In this document: piece by piece, positions 52,953 through 63,087 of the stretch
Position numbering within the stretch: position 1 is the stretch's first letter
How the letters are laid out: each line of letters begins with the position of its first letter
Assembly: GCA_030535875.1 (NCBI GenBank)
Contig: JAUNRC010000001.1
Span: forward strand, 23,786 to 87,785
Length of the DNA stretch: 64,000 nucleotides
Direction of reading: 5' to 3'
Source of the DNA: Akkermansia sp.
Lineage (GTDB): Bacteria > Verrucomicrobiota > Verrucomicrobiia > Verrucomicrobiales > Akkermansiaceae
Translations under genes and position numbers: made by a program
Notes under the pieces: generated by a model
Told to the model about the DNA's origin: nothing
The model's database searches: none
What the model saw: the letters and a program-made list of their open reading frames with translations, nothing else

Positions 52953-53810
52953 ATGAAGAAGATGCTCTGCATGCTGCTGATGTTCATGGGAATGGCCCTT
53001 GCCCAAACCTCTCCGCTGAAGATAGCCAGCCTGCACCCCCTGCTTAGTGAAATGGCAGCCCGTATCGGCGGAGAACAGGTAACAGTAGTCAACCTCTTCC
53101 CCGAAAACGGCGACCTGCACGGCTTCTCTCCCACAGCCAAAGACCTGGCGGCAGCCACAGGTGCCCGTTTGGTACTGGTCTGTGGCAAAGGAGTGGAGCC
53201 CTACCTCTCCGACCTGAGAGATTCCCTCTCCGCCGGAACCGTCATCGTCGAAACCGGTAAAGACATCCCCGATGTCAAAGTTCCCGGCACACGCTTTTCC
53301 GATCCTCACTGGTGGAACACCCCCGAGAACATGAAGCGCGCCTCGCGCACCCTGCTTTCGGCCATGATTCAGGCAGCCCCCGAGCACGAACAGAGCTTCA
53401 CCGCCGGGAGAAACGCCTACGCCGCCGCCATGGATAAGCTCACCCGCACAGCACGCCTCAAGCTGAGCCGAGTACCGAAAGATGCCCGTCACCTCGTCAC
53501 CGGTCATGCCGCCATGTGCCACTTCTGTGCCGCCTTCAATCTGACCCCGATGGCTATTCAGGGGATAGCCCGCCAGAGCGAGGGCGACCCGGCCACACTG
53601 GCAGCCCTGCTCGCAGAACTCCGCCGCCGCGACACGCGCTGCATCTTCACCGAGGTCAATGCCAGCCCCCGCATGCTGCAAGTCATAGCCGACCAACTGG
53701 GCATACCGACGGCACCCTTGGTCATGGACGGCATCTACCCGGCAGCCCCGGGCTATGAGGCCATGTTCCTGCACAACATCAACACCATCTGCACCCATCT
53801 CTGCCCGTGA
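52953..53810 (+). CDS. Zn/Mn ABC transporter substrate-binding protein
   Basis: GDLHGFSP, DPHWW, TGHAAM, FTE; signal peptide. Confidence 0.9.
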   Translation: MKKMLCMLLMFMGMALAQTSPLKIASLHPLLSEMAARIGGEQVTVVNLFPENGDLHGFSPTAKDLAAATGARLVLVCGKGVEPYLSDLRDSLSAGTVIVETGKDIPDVKVPGTRFSDPHWWNTPENMKRASRTLLSAMIQAAPEHEQSFTAGRNAYAAAMDKLTRTARLKLSRVPKDARHLVTGHAAMCHFCAAFNLTPMAIQGIARQSEGDPATLAALLAELRRRDTRCIFTEVNASPRMLQVIADQLGIPTAPLVMDGIYPAAPGYEAMFLHNINTICTHLCP

Positions 53811-54232
53811 GCCCGGCTCTGACAGTCAGCCTGACAGCCGCCGGCGTACTGCTCGCCGGACTGCCCCTGCTGTGGCTCACAGCACCGCCCCCCGCGCCGG
53901 TACAGCAGGAATTGCCGACCTCAGCTACGCAGACAACGCCGGTACACGTCAGCCTGTACTTCAATGGAGAACCAAGCAAAATCGTTCTCGCGCACCAAGG
54001 CGAAAACATCGCCGCCTTCACCGCCCCGAAAGGGCCGCAACACTTCACCGTGCAACTTCCGATTGAGAATACCATTGAAATCGAATGCGAGGCACTTTGG
54101 CCCGAACAGACAGCAGGCATGAAAGGTTGTACCATCCACCTCGAACCCGAAGGACGCGAAACTCGCAGCGAAACCATGTGGCTGCTCCCGGAGGACAATC
54201 AACTGTACGACGTTTTTTATTTCCGATGGTAG
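53807..54232 (+). CDS. Hypothetical membrane-anchored protein within metal ABC operon
   Basis: Overlaps both neighbours; N-terminal TM. Confidence 0.65.
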   Translation: MSPALTVSLTAAGVLLAGLPLLWLTAPPPAPVQQELPTSATQTTPVHVSLYFNGEPSKIVLAHQGENIAAFTAPKGPQHFTVQLPIENTIEIECEALWPEQTAGMKGCTIHLEPEGRETRSETMWLLPEDNQLYDVFYFRW

Positions 54233-55008
54233 AAGAACAACATGACCACATCTGCTGGGGCGGCGGCCACCACCACCATGGCGGCCACACTCTCACCATC
54301 GAGCAGCTCAGCGCTCACTACGGCGCTCACAAGGCCCTCGACAACATTCAACTCAGCGCCCATTGCGGACAAACTCTGGCACTTATCGGCCCGAACGGAG
54401 CCGGAAAATCCACCCTCATCAACCTTCTGGCCGGCCTCATGCGCCCCGTTTCCGGGCAAATCCTCTGGAATGGCGCCCCCCTGCACGAAACCCGCCACGA
54501 AATCGCCTTCATGCCCCAGCGCAGCGAAGTAGACCGCAACTTCCCCATCACCGTGCGAGAACTGGTCGAAATGGGGCGTTACCCCTCCACCGGGCTCTGG
54601 AAACCCATGCGCCGTCACGACCGCGACATCGTCGACAAGGCTCTTACCGCACTCGACCTTCAAGACTTGCAGAACCGCCAAATCGGCGCACTCTCCGGCG
54701 GTCAGCAACAGCGCGCTTTTCTGGCCCGAGCACTGGCGCAAGAGGCTCACATTCTTCTACTCGATGAGCCCTTTACCGGACTGGATGTCCCCGGCACGGA
54801 GTCTCTGGCTAGCCTGCTGCGCACCCTTGCTGCTGAAGGGCGACTGGTCATTGCCTCGCACCACGACCTGAACACCGCCGCACAAATCTTCGACTTCACC
54901 CTTCTGCTTAACCGCTCCGCCATCGCCTACGGCCCGACGACAAGCGTTCTGACAGCAGAAAACCTCCACACCGCCTTCGGGCAGCGCACCATCACCACCA
55001 CCCCATGA
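54226..55008 (+). CDS. Zn/Mn ABC transporter ATP-binding protein, His-rich N-terminus
   Basis: HDHICWGGGHHHHGGH, GPNGAGKS, LSGGQ, LLDEP. Confidence 0.92.
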   Translation: MVEEQHDHICWGGGHHHHGGHTLTIEQLSAHYGAHKALDNIQLSAHCGQTLALIGPNGAGKSTLINLLAGLMRPVSGQILWNGAPLHETRHEIAFMPQRSEVDRNFPITVRELVEMGRYPSTGLWKPMRRHDRDIVDKALTALDLQDLQNRQIGALSGGQQQRAFLARALAQEAHILLLDEPFTGLDVPGTESLASLLRTLAAEGRLVIASHHDLNTAAQIFDFTLLLNRSAIAYGPTTSVLTAENLHTAFGQRTITTTP

Positions 55009-55844
55009 ACGAGTTCGTACAATTTCTCGGAGAACCGCTGGCTCAACGCAGCCTGTGGGCCTGCGCCGTCATCGGGTTTACCAACGGTTTTGTCAGTGCG
55101 CTGGTCATCCTGCGCCGCTCCTCCCTGCAAATCGGCACTATATCCTGCGCTCTGCTGCCGGGCATAGCTCTGGCCATTCTCCTCTTCGGGCTCATGCCGA
55201 TGAGCATTCTCATCGGGGCCGTCATTGCCGGCCTCATGGTCGGGCTGGGTTCTCTCTTCGTTTCGCGCACCAGCAAAATTGACCACGACACAGCGCTCTC
55301 CATCCTCCACACCACCGCTTTTGCCCTCGGTTACATCATCCTCATACGACTGGGACTGCAACAAAAGGTTGATGACTGGCTCTTCGGCAATATCATGAGC
55401 ATGAGCAACTCCGACCTGCAAATTGCCTGGCTCATCGGAGCACTGGCCGTAATGAGCATCACCATCCTGCGTCGGCCCCTGCTCATTTACCTCTTCGACC
55501 CGAGAGCCGCCGCTGCCATGGGCATACCGACCAGGACGCTCAGCTACGGCATCTTTGCCCTCATCATCCTTGTGCTCGTCTCCTCCCTGCAAGCAGTGGG
55601 AGCTTTCCTCACACTCGGCCTGTTGGTTGCTCCGGCAGCCACCATGTACCTGCTCACCGACAGGGCAGCCTACATATTCTGGGGCGGCGGGCTCATCGGA
55701 GCCCTCGGCTCCGTGCTGGCATTTTTCCTGTCCTACCCGCTGGGATGGCACCTTGGTGCCACCATTATCGTCGTTCTGGGAATTATATTTCTGATGGCCT
55801 ACATTTTCTCGCCGAAATACGGATTGTTGCGGCGCAGACGTTGA
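55005..55844 (+). CDS. Zn/Mn ABC transporter permease
   Basis: Multi-TM; WLFGNI, FDPRAAAAMG, QAVG...LLVAPAA. Confidence 0.9.
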   Translation: MNEFVQFLGEPLAQRSLWACAVIGFTNGFVSALVILRRSSLQIGTISCALLPGIALAILLFGLMPMSILIGAVIAGLMVGLGSLFVSRTSKIDHDTALSILHTTAFALGYIILIRLGLQQKVDDWLFGNIMSMSNSDLQIAWLIGALAVMSITILRRPLLIYLFDPRAAAAMGIPTRTLSYGIFALIILVLVSSLQAVGAFLTLGLLVAPAATMYLLTDRAAYIFWGGGLIGALGSVLAFFLSYPLGWHLGATIIVVLGIIFLMAYIFSPKYGLLRRRR

Positions 55845-55888
55845 TTTTGCTTGCAGCGCCCACCCACGATATGCTAGAATCATTGCGT

Positions 55889-56599
55889 ATGAAAACAACT
55901 TTTACCACTCAACTCAAGAAGGGCTTTACTCTCATTGAGCTCTTGGTAGTGATTGCCATTCTGGCAACACTCGCCGGCATCTCCACTCCCGTCATCATGG
56001 GACAGATGGATGCCGCTAAGGAATCCGCCGCCCGCAAGACCTGCATGGACATCGTGGAAGGTGCCACCCGCTTCCGTACCGATTACGGCATGCTCCCCTA
56101 CCGCGCAAGCAAGACCGCGGAGCCGTCCGAAGATAACAATTTCCAGGTATCGCTCATCACCGCCGATGATAAGGATGCCGACATGCTCGCCATCCTTACC
56201 AATCGCGAAGAAGTCGATGATGACGAGCGCATGAACATCAACAAAGATTACTACATCCGCTCCGACGAGCAAGAGAAGAAAGTCGACGGCCTCTATGTCG
56301 ACCCCGCCAGCGGCACACTCGGTCTTTACGACCCCTGGGGCAAGCCCTACTACGTGCTCATGTGCGAAGAGAACGACGGCTGCACCGACCCCTTCACCGG
56401 CAAGTCTCTGCGCGGCAAGAACTGCATCGCATACTCCCTCGGCTCCGATGGTCAGGGCGCAGCTCCTGAGCGCGTAATCAAGAAAAAGAGAAAGAAGAGC
56501 AAGAAAGATAAGCAGGCCGAAGCTGCGGCCATCGAGGAGGAAGAAGCGGCAGAAGCCATTGCCGACAATATCTACTCCTGGAAAAAAGTCAGCAACTGA
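55889..56599 (+). CDS. Type II secretion / type IV pilin-like protein (N-methyl-Phe)
   Basis: KKGFTLIELLVVIAIL, DPWGKPY, YSLGSDG. Confidence 0.88.
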   Translation: MKTTFTTQLKKGFTLIELLVVIAILATLAGISTPVIMGQMDAAKESAARKTCMDIVEGATRFRTDYGMLPYRASKTAEPSEDNNFQVSLITADDKDADMLAILTNREEVDDDERMNINKDYYIRSDEQEKKVDGLYVDPASGTLGLYDPWGKPYYVLMCEENDGCTDPFTGKSLRGKNCIAYSLGSDGQGAAPERVIKKKRKKSKKDKQAEAAAIEEEEAAEAIADNIYSWKKVSN

Positions 56600-56601
56600 T
56601 A

Positions 56602-57666
56602 ATGAATCCATTCGTAACAGACGACGTACGCATAACGGACATTCGTCCGCTGATATCTCCCGCCATTCTCATGCAGGATTTTCCTGCGAGCCACGAAGCC
56701 AGCAAAGTGGTATACGATGCTCGTGAGGAGTTCCGCCACATTCTCAAAAAAGAAGATGACCGACTGGCCGTCATGGTGGGGCCCTGCTCCATTCACGACA
56801 CCGTAGCGGCCATCGACTACGCCGGCAGACTTGCCGAAGCGAGAAAAAAGTACAGCAAGGATTTGCTGCTCATCATGAGAGTCTATTTTGAGAAGCCCCG
56901 CACCACCGTCGGGTGGAAAGGGCTCATCAACGACCCCTTCATGGATGAGAGCTACAACATCAACAGCGGTCTGCGCATGTCGCGCGGCCTGCTGCTGAGA
57001 TTGGCAGAAATGGGAGTGCCGGCTGCTACGGAGTTTTTGGATGTCATTACCCCTCAGTACATCAGTGACCTCATTGCCTGGGGTGCCATCGGTGCCCGCA
57101 CGACCGAAAGTCAGGTTCATCGCGAACTGGCCAGCGGTCTGTCCATGCCCATCGGCTTTAAGAACGGCACGACCGGCTGCGTGCAGATTGCGGTGGACGG
57201 CATCGTCTCCTCCGCACACCCTCACTGCTTCCTCTCCGTTACCAAACAGGGCGTGAGTGCCATCGTCTCCACCAGCGGCAATGACAGTTGCCATATCATC
57301 CTGCGAGGCTCAACGGAAGGCCCCAATTATTCTGCGGAGAATGTTGCCGCCGCCTGGGCCATTCAGCAAAAAGCCGGCATCAACAACCGCATTATGATTG
57401 ACTGCTCCCACGGCAACAGCCGCAAGAAATGGCAGGACCAGCACCTCGTGGCCGAATCCGTCGCAGCTCAGCTTGCTGCCGGCGATGACCACATCGGAGC
57501 CGTGATGATAGAGAGTAACATCAACAGCGGCAATCAGAAGTGCGACGGTAAAGCTCCGCTTCAATACGGTGTAAGCATAACCGACTCCTGCGTCGACTGG
57601 GATGGTACCCTCGCCATTCTCGACACGCTGGCTGAGGGCGTGCGCGCACGCCGCAGGAACAAATAA
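56602..57666 (+). CDS. aroG: DAHP synthase, class I-alpha
   Basis: GPCSIHD, RVYFEKPRTTVGWKGLINDP, GARTTESQ, DCSHGNS, SITDSC. Confidence 0.9.
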   Translation: MNPFVTDDVRITDIRPLISPAILMQDFPASHEASKVVYDAREEFRHILKKEDDRLAVMVGPCSIHDTVAAIDYAGRLAEARKKYSKDLLLIMRVYFEKPRTTVGWKGLINDPFMDESYNINSGLRMSRGLLLRLAEMGVPAATEFLDVITPQYISDLIAWGAIGARTTESQVHRELASGLSMPIGFKNGTTGCVQIAVDGIVSSAHPHCFLSVTKQGVSAIVSTSGNDSCHIILRGSTEGPNYSAENVAAAWAIQQKAGINNRIMIDCSHGNSRKKWQDQHLVAESVAAQLAAGDDHIGAVMIESNINSGNQKCDGKAPLQYGVSITDSCVDWDGTLAILDTLAEGVRARRRNK

Positions 57667-57687
57667 CCTCTCATTATTCCCCCTCTT

Positions 57688-57727
57688 CAGGCCCCGGCGC
57701 TTCAATCCGCCGGGGCCTGCTTCTTTT
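57688..57727 (+). terminator. Rho-independent terminator
   Basis: CAGGCCCCGGCG...CGCCGGGGCCTG-CTTCTTTT. Confidence 0.7.
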
Positions 57728-57811
57728 ACCCGAAAAGACTGATATACCGCAACAAACAAACGGCGAAAAGACTTGCCATGAGCCCCGACGAAGAGTATAA
57801 TGCGTGCACGT

Positions 57812-59758
57812 ATGATGGATAGCACACTTCTTTCCACACTTGAACAGGCAGTTGCCGAGGGAAAACTGCTGGCAGATAGCCTCACGAACATTCAACTGCT
57901 GCTGGCCGGCACGCAAGACCCTGTGGCCCCGACAGCGATTGCCGAACTGACAGCCGCCGGAGAATGGGCTGAGCTGAACAACCGCTTCTACAAGACGCTT
58001 GCCTTCGGCACAGGCGGTCTGCGCGGTCGCACCATCGGCATGATTGTAGCCCCCTCCGAGCAAGGCAAAGGCGGCGTGAACGGTCGCCCCGAGTTCCCCT
58101 GCGTCGGCACAGCCTGCATGAACTACTTCAACGTGGGTCGCGCCATGCGTGGTCTCATCACCTACATCAGCCGCTTTGTTCAGGCTGAAGGCAGCGGCCG
58201 CAAGCCGCGCATCGTCGTCGGTCACGACACCCGCCACTTCTCCCGCGACTTTGCTGAGTACTGCGCCAAAATTGCCACGGATTTGGGCTGTGATTGTGCC
58301 TTGTTCGACGGGCCCTGCTCCACGCCCGAAGTATCTTTCGCCATCCGCGAGCTGAACGCCGACACCGGCGTAGTTCTCACGGCCTCGCACAACCCGGCTC
58401 ACGACAACGGCTTTAAGGCCTACTTCAATGACGGAGCCCAGCTCATCGCCCCTCACGACAAAGCCGTTATCGCCGAGGTCAATGCCCTCACCGGCGACAC
58501 CTACGAGCCCCTGCCGACCGAGCAACAGGGCAGCCTGAGCATTCTCGGGCCGGAGTTCGATAGCATTTACATCAACAAGCTCAAGGGCATCATTCTCCGC
58601 CCGGATGTCTTTGAAAAAGCCGCGACCAAAGTTGTCTACACCAATCTTCACGGCACCGGCGGTCGCTGCATCGTCCCCATCCTCAAGCAGATTGGCTGCA
58701 ACGTAAGCACCGTTGCCGCACAGGATGTGCTCGACGGACGATTCCCGACCGTAGCCAGTCCCAATCCTGAGAATGCCCCTGCCCTCGACATGGCCATCGC
58801 ACAGGCCGATGCCGAAAATGCCGACTTGGTGATTGCCACCGACCCCGACAGCGATCGCATGGGCATAGCCGTGCGCGACACCGCTACCGGCAAGATGCAG
58901 CTCCTCACCGGCAACCAGACCGGCTGTCTGATGGCCTGGTACCGCTGCATGAGTGCCATTGAACTGGGCATCATCACCCCGGAGAACATCGAGCACGCCG
59001 TCATGGTCAAGACCTTCGTGACCAGTCCCCTGCAAGATGCCATCGCCGCCTCTTTCGGCATAGCCACCGTCAACGTACTCACCGGCTTCAAGTATATCGC
59101 CGCTAAGCTCGGCAAGTATGAACAGGCTATCCCCGCAGCCGAGCGCAAGGACTACCGCTCCATGACCGAAGCTCAAACCCGCGAGCTGCGCCTGAAGTAC
59201 AGCAAGTACTTCATTTTCGGCGGTGAGGAGAGCTACGGCTACCTGGCACAAGACTTTGTTCGCGACAAAGATGCCAACGCCGCCGCCCTCTGCCTGGCAG
59301 AAATGAACGCCTACCTCGCCTCCAAAGGCATAGGCCTGCTGGAGTGCCTCAACAACATCTACACCGAACTGGGGTACTACATGGAACTGGGCAAGAGCAT
59401 AGTCATGGAAGGTGCCGACGGTGCCGCCAAGATTGCAGCCCTTACCGCAAGCTACATGCAGAACCCGCCCGCCGAAATGGACGGCTCGGCCGTAACGGCT
59501 GTACGCGACTTCTCCGGCGGTACCCTGACCGATGCCGAGGGCGACCCCATCCCGGCAGAGAAGATGCTCTTCATCGACCTGGCGGACGGTCGCAGCTTTG
59601 CCGTACGTCCCAGCGGCACAGAACCCAAGATTAAGTACTACCTCTTTGCCCATGGCGAGAAGGGTGCAGAACTGACCGCAGCCAAGGCCGCAGTTCAAGC
59701 CGGCATCGATTCCCTGTGGGCGGCCGTCGAGGCCGATGCCCGCGCCCGCATGGCCTGA
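57812..59758 (+). CDS. pgm: Phosphoglucomutase / phosphomannomutase
   Basis: FGTGGLRG, TASHNP, DPDSDR, GEESYG, RPSGTEPKIK; TTGCCA-17-TATAAT upstream. Confidence 0.92.
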   Translation: MMDSTLLSTLEQAVAEGKLLADSLTNIQLLLAGTQDPVAPTAIAELTAAGEWAELNNRFYKTLAFGTGGLRGRTIGMIVAPSEQGKGGVNGRPEFPCVGTACMNYFNVGRAMRGLITYISRFVQAEGSGRKPRIVVGHDTRHFSRDFAEYCAKIATDLGCDCALFDGPCSTPEVSFAIRELNADTGVVLTASHNPAHDNGFKAYFNDGAQLIAPHDKAVIAEVNALTGDTYEPLPTEQQGSLSILGPEFDSIYINKLKGIILRPDVFEKAATKVVYTNLHGTGGRCIVPILKQIGCNVSTVAAQDVLDGRFPTVASPNPENAPALDMAIAQADAENADLVIATDPDSDRMGIAVRDTATGKMQLLTGNQTGCLMAWYRCMSAIELGIITPENIEHAVMVKTFVTSPLQDAIAASFGIATVNVLTGFKYIAAKLGKYEQAIPAAERKDYRSMTEAQTRELRLKYSKYFIFGGEESYGYLAQDFVRDKDANAAALCLAEMNAYLASKGIGLLECLNNIYTELGYYMELGKSIVMEGADGAAKIAALTASYMQNPPAEMDGSAVTAVRDFSGGTLTDAEGDPIPAEKMLFIDLADGRSFAVRPSGTEPKIKYYLFAHGEKGAELTAAKAAVQAGIDSLWAAVEADARARMA

Positions 59759-60049
59759 TTTTACAACCATATCTCCCCCCACGGGCGGGCATGCTCCCGA
59801 CAGAGAGCATGCCCGCCCTTAACATTCCCCCGCCTCACTCCATGAAAAATCGCCCTTCTCCCCTGCCTTGCTCCGGCCCTGATTTCACTACTCCACGCCG
59901 AACCTCAGAAAAAATACACCCTCGCTTTTAAAAATGACGCCCCGCAAGGCGGGGCTATCTTCAAAATTGCAGGTCTGCCTCATTGCCAAACTCTATACTC
60001 TATCATCTCGACAGAGAGAAAAAATAGAAAAATCCACCCGGCAGCTCCC

Positions 60050-60898
60050 TCAGCGGGCAAGGAAATCCCGCACTTCCGCCAGACGTTCCTTGGCGGCCGC
60101 GCGCCCGATTTCGTAGGTCTGTAAAAGTCTATCGGGATTTTTCTCGACCCTGCTGACCGGCAGCGGTGCGAGGGGACGCATGACTAAGATTTCCCCTGCG
60201 CGTTCCTTTTCTTCCACATAACGCAAAGTCTCATTATAAACGAGGTGGCGCTGCTTCATGGCACGAACCAAATGCGGATACTTGCGATACATCAACCGCA
60301 CCATGAACAACAAGCCGTTCTCCTTCTTCTCATACATGGGAGGTTGGGTCAGAATGACCACATTCCTCCGGTAACCTTGGCTCTCGAAGTAACGCAGCGG
60401 TATGGAATCCGATATGCCGCCATCGAGCAATCGGCGCCCCTCAATTTCCACCATCTGCGACACCAGAGGCATGGAGGCCGAGGCACGAATCCACTCAAAA
60501 CCGTGGTCATCCTTCCCGCCGTACAGATGGTACACGGGCTCTCCCGTAGTTACATCGGTACAAACGAGATAAAAAGGCATGGGATGACGGGCATAAGCCT
60601 CGAAATCAAAGGGGTCATGAACCAGCGGCACTTCTCCGTAGGCAAAATCACGGCTGAAGATATTGCCATCGCGCAACAGACAGCGCCAACCGCAGTACCG
60701 GGCATCATTACAAAAGCGAGCGTTGTAACGAATGGCTCTCCCTATCTGGCCGGATTTGAAATTAACCCCGAAAGCCGCCCCGGCCGACACTCCGATGGCG
60801 CCGTCAAATTGCACCCCTTCCTCCATGAACACATCAAGAATACCCGCTGTGAACATTCCGCGCATTGCACCGCCTTCCAGTACCAATCCTGTCTTCAT
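60050..60898 (-). CDS. Patatin-like phospholipase (DUF6363 type)
   Basis: EGGAMRG, GVSAG, LDGG. Confidence 0.92.
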   Translation of the reverse strand: MKTGLVLEGGAMRGMFTAGILDVFMEEGVQFDGAIGVSAGAAFGVNFKSGQIGRAIRYNARFCNDARYCGWRCLLRDGNIFSRDFAYGEVPLVHDPFDFEAYARHPMPFYLVCTDVTTGEPVYHLYGGKDDHGFEWIRASASMPLVSQMVEIEGRRLLDGGISDSIPLRYFESQGYRRNVVILTQPPMYEKKENGLLFMVRLMYRKYPHLVRAMKQRHLVYNETLRYVEEKERAGEILVMRPLAPLPVSRVEKNPDRLLQTYEIGRAAAKERLAEVRDFLAR

Positions 60899-60978
60899 AT
60901 TATTGTCCGGCCAGTCTAGCACACATGATAATCATTAGCAAGTCATGGTAAAGCCATACAGCACCGCCACGCCTTATC

Positions 60979-62430
60979 CGCATTGCCTCAAAAATCCAGT
61001 CACCGAACTGACACTTCTCATGAGTTTGGCTGACACGTGAAAAGCTGGATGCCTCATAAATCAGGCACTAACATATACACATGTCACTCAAAATGAGTAA
61101 ACAAGCAATAATAGAGTTACTGAATTCCAACGCAGCAAAGTATCGAAAGACACACTCCCGCAAAGCTAAGGGGGAACTCCTAAAACAACTAATGGAACTC
61201 ACTGGTTACAAGTCACCTAAAAGCATTATTCGATACTTTTCGCGCACACGAAGACGCAAGCGGGTGGAGAAGAGAGGGCGTCTGCCCAAATTGCACCCCT
61301 GCGACATCGCGCTCATAAAGTCAATTTGGTTGAAATCTGACCAACCATGCGGTAAACGGCTCCATCCCATGCTGCCAACGTGGCTGCATGCCTACTCAAA
61401 ACGACAAGAAATTGACGAGGCGTCTAAAAGACGTATCCTGAGTGTATCACCTGCCACTCTGGACAGGGTGTTGCGTAATTGCAAAGTAGATGACCTCCAT
61501 AAAGCCAATAAGCAAACTATCAGCGCATTAAAGCAATCCATACCCATTATAGACACAACACGAAAGATTGATGTAGCCGGGCATCTATACGCCGATACAG
61601 TAGCTCATTGCGGAGATAGTATCCGCGGCAATTTCGTTTGGACGTTAACGGTTACGGATGATTTGACCTTATGGACACTCAACCGCGCAATATGGAATAA
61701 AGGTCAGGAAGCCACATGCACGGCCTTTCTATATCTGCTACGCGAGATGCCGTTCATGGTTCGTAGCATCAATACAGATAATGGGTCAGAGTTTATCAAC
61801 TACCATTTGCAAAGAATGCTCAAAGAAAAGTACAAGAGGTGTAAACTGACTCGTTCCCGCCCATACAAAAAGAATGACAACGCCCGTGCAGAAGAACGTA
61901 ATCGTCACAAAGTTAGAGAATTAATAGGCTATGAGAGAATAGACAATGAACAATGCGTGTTTCTGCTTAACCAGGTATATCGATATCATAATCTGCTCAC
62001 TAATTTTTTCATAGCCAGCACAAGATTAGTATCAAAGCAACGCAATCCGGCCACCGGCAAAACGAGAAAGAAATACGACAGAGCCCGGACCCCATATGAA
62101 AGAGTCATGGAACAAATGAAAGACGGGGCAAGGAAAAGAAAACTTGCAGCCCTGAGGGAAGCCCTCGATCCCATCGAATTGCAGGAAAATATCCAAAAAT
62201 CACTAAAAAGGCTCTTCCACCTCATGAAACCCGAGAGCATCTTATGAAGTTATCCCCCCCATCCGGCGAATTTTTCTGCCCCAAAATGCCGACTCGCTAC
62301 GCTCGCTGTCATTTTGGGGCAGAAAAATGGTGGATTTGCCTTGTTTTTTAGTCAATTATCCGCTAAAATTTCGGTGACCGCAATTTTGAGGCATCCACTT
62401 TTCGGTGACTGTTTTTTTTGAGGCAATACG
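60979..62430 (+). mobile_element. Insertion sequence (~1.45 kb; rve/DDE transposase, IS481/ISNCY-related) with TATC target duplication
   Basis: Imperfect terminal IRs CGCATTGCCTCAAAAATCCAGTCACCGAA / TTCGGTGACTGTTTTTTTTGAGGCAATACG; TATC at 60975-60978 and 62431-62434; visibly more AT-rich than flanks. Confidence 0.85.
61081..62247 (+). CDS. DDE transposase (integrase core domain)
   Basis: SPATLDR, ADTVAHCG, TDNGSEFIN, SRPYKKNDNARAEERN, KKYDRARTPYER. Confidence 0.9.
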   Translation: MSLKMSKQAIIELLNSNAAKYRKTHSRKAKGELLKQLMELTGYKSPKSIIRYFSRTRRRKRVEKRGRLPKLHPCDIALIKSIWLKSDQPCGKRLHPMLPTWLHAYSKRQEIDEASKRRILSVSPATLDRVLRNCKVDDLHKANKQTISALKQSIPIIDTTRKIDVAGHLYADTVAHCGDSIRGNFVWTLTVTDDLTLWTLNRAIWNKGQEATCTAFLYLLREMPFMVRSINTDNGSEFINYHLQRMLKEKYKRCKLTRSRPYKKNDNARAEERNRHKVRELIGYERIDNEQCVFLLNQVYRYHNLLTNFFIASTRLVSKQRNPATGKTRKKYDRARTPYERVMEQMKDGARKRKLAALREALDPIELQENIQKSLKRLFHLMKPESIL

Positions 62431-62513
62431 TATCCCCGAAAAAAAACAAGCAAATGCACACCAACATCAGAATTGCGCTTGCAATACACTCAATATGCGC
62501 TATTATCATAGTC

Positions 62514-62957
62514 ATGAGCAGGCTCTCCATCCCTCAATACGTCATGGCTCTGGCACATGTCGCCGCACTTCGCTCCGAAGACCCCTACCGCAAGGTAGGT
62601 GCAGCAGCACTGGATAAGGATAACCGAGTCATCGGTACCGCCTACAACGGGCTTTTCCCGGGATTTACTGCCCCCGAGGGGTTCTGGGCCTCACGTCAGG
62701 AACGTCAGAAGTTCATGTTGCATGCCGAAATCAATCTTTGCAGTCTCTTTAAGCGAGGCGAAGCAAAAATTGTAGCCTGCACCACCATGCCCTGCACTTC
62801 ATGCATGCAGGCTCTCTGCGCACATGGGGTGAAAACCATTTATTACGGAGAAGACTATGCAGAGTCCCGCGCTCCCGAAATTGCAGCCATGTATGGAGTG
62901 GAGCTCATTCATGTGCCGGACTACCCGCTCTCTCAACGCTTCCCCCTGGTGAACTGA
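62514..62957 (+). CDS. dCMP deaminase / ComEB family
   Basis: RSEDP..KVGA, HAEIN, PCTSC; ATG 7 nt after TTGCAA-16-TATTAT. Confidence 0.9.
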   Translation: MSRLSIPQYVMALAHVAALRSEDPYRKVGAAALDKDNRVIGTAYNGLFPGFTAPEGFWASRQERQKFMLHAEINLCSLFKRGEAKIVACTTMPCTSCMQALCAHGVKTIYYGEDYAESRAPEIAAMYGVELIHVPDYPLSQRFPLVN

Positions 62958-63014
62958 GGGAGCACGCAATGACTTTGTTCAGCAAGCCTTAACTTAACAC
63001 GCGTTTCAACACAC

Positions 63015-63048
63015 GACAAAAGACCCGCCTTTCGGCGGGTCTTTTGTC
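63015..63048. terminator. Bidirectional terminator
   Basis: GACAAAAGACCCGCC-TTTC-GGCGGGTCTTTTGTC. Confidence 0.85.
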
Positions 63049-63087
63049 AAAAATGTTCAGCTTAATGCGTGCAAGTGAGCAATGAGC

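Noticed and set aside
60984-62427. Repeated TGCCTCA motifs as a CRISPR or iteron array
   Set aside because: Only two copies per side, in inverted orientation around a transposase, so they are IS ends
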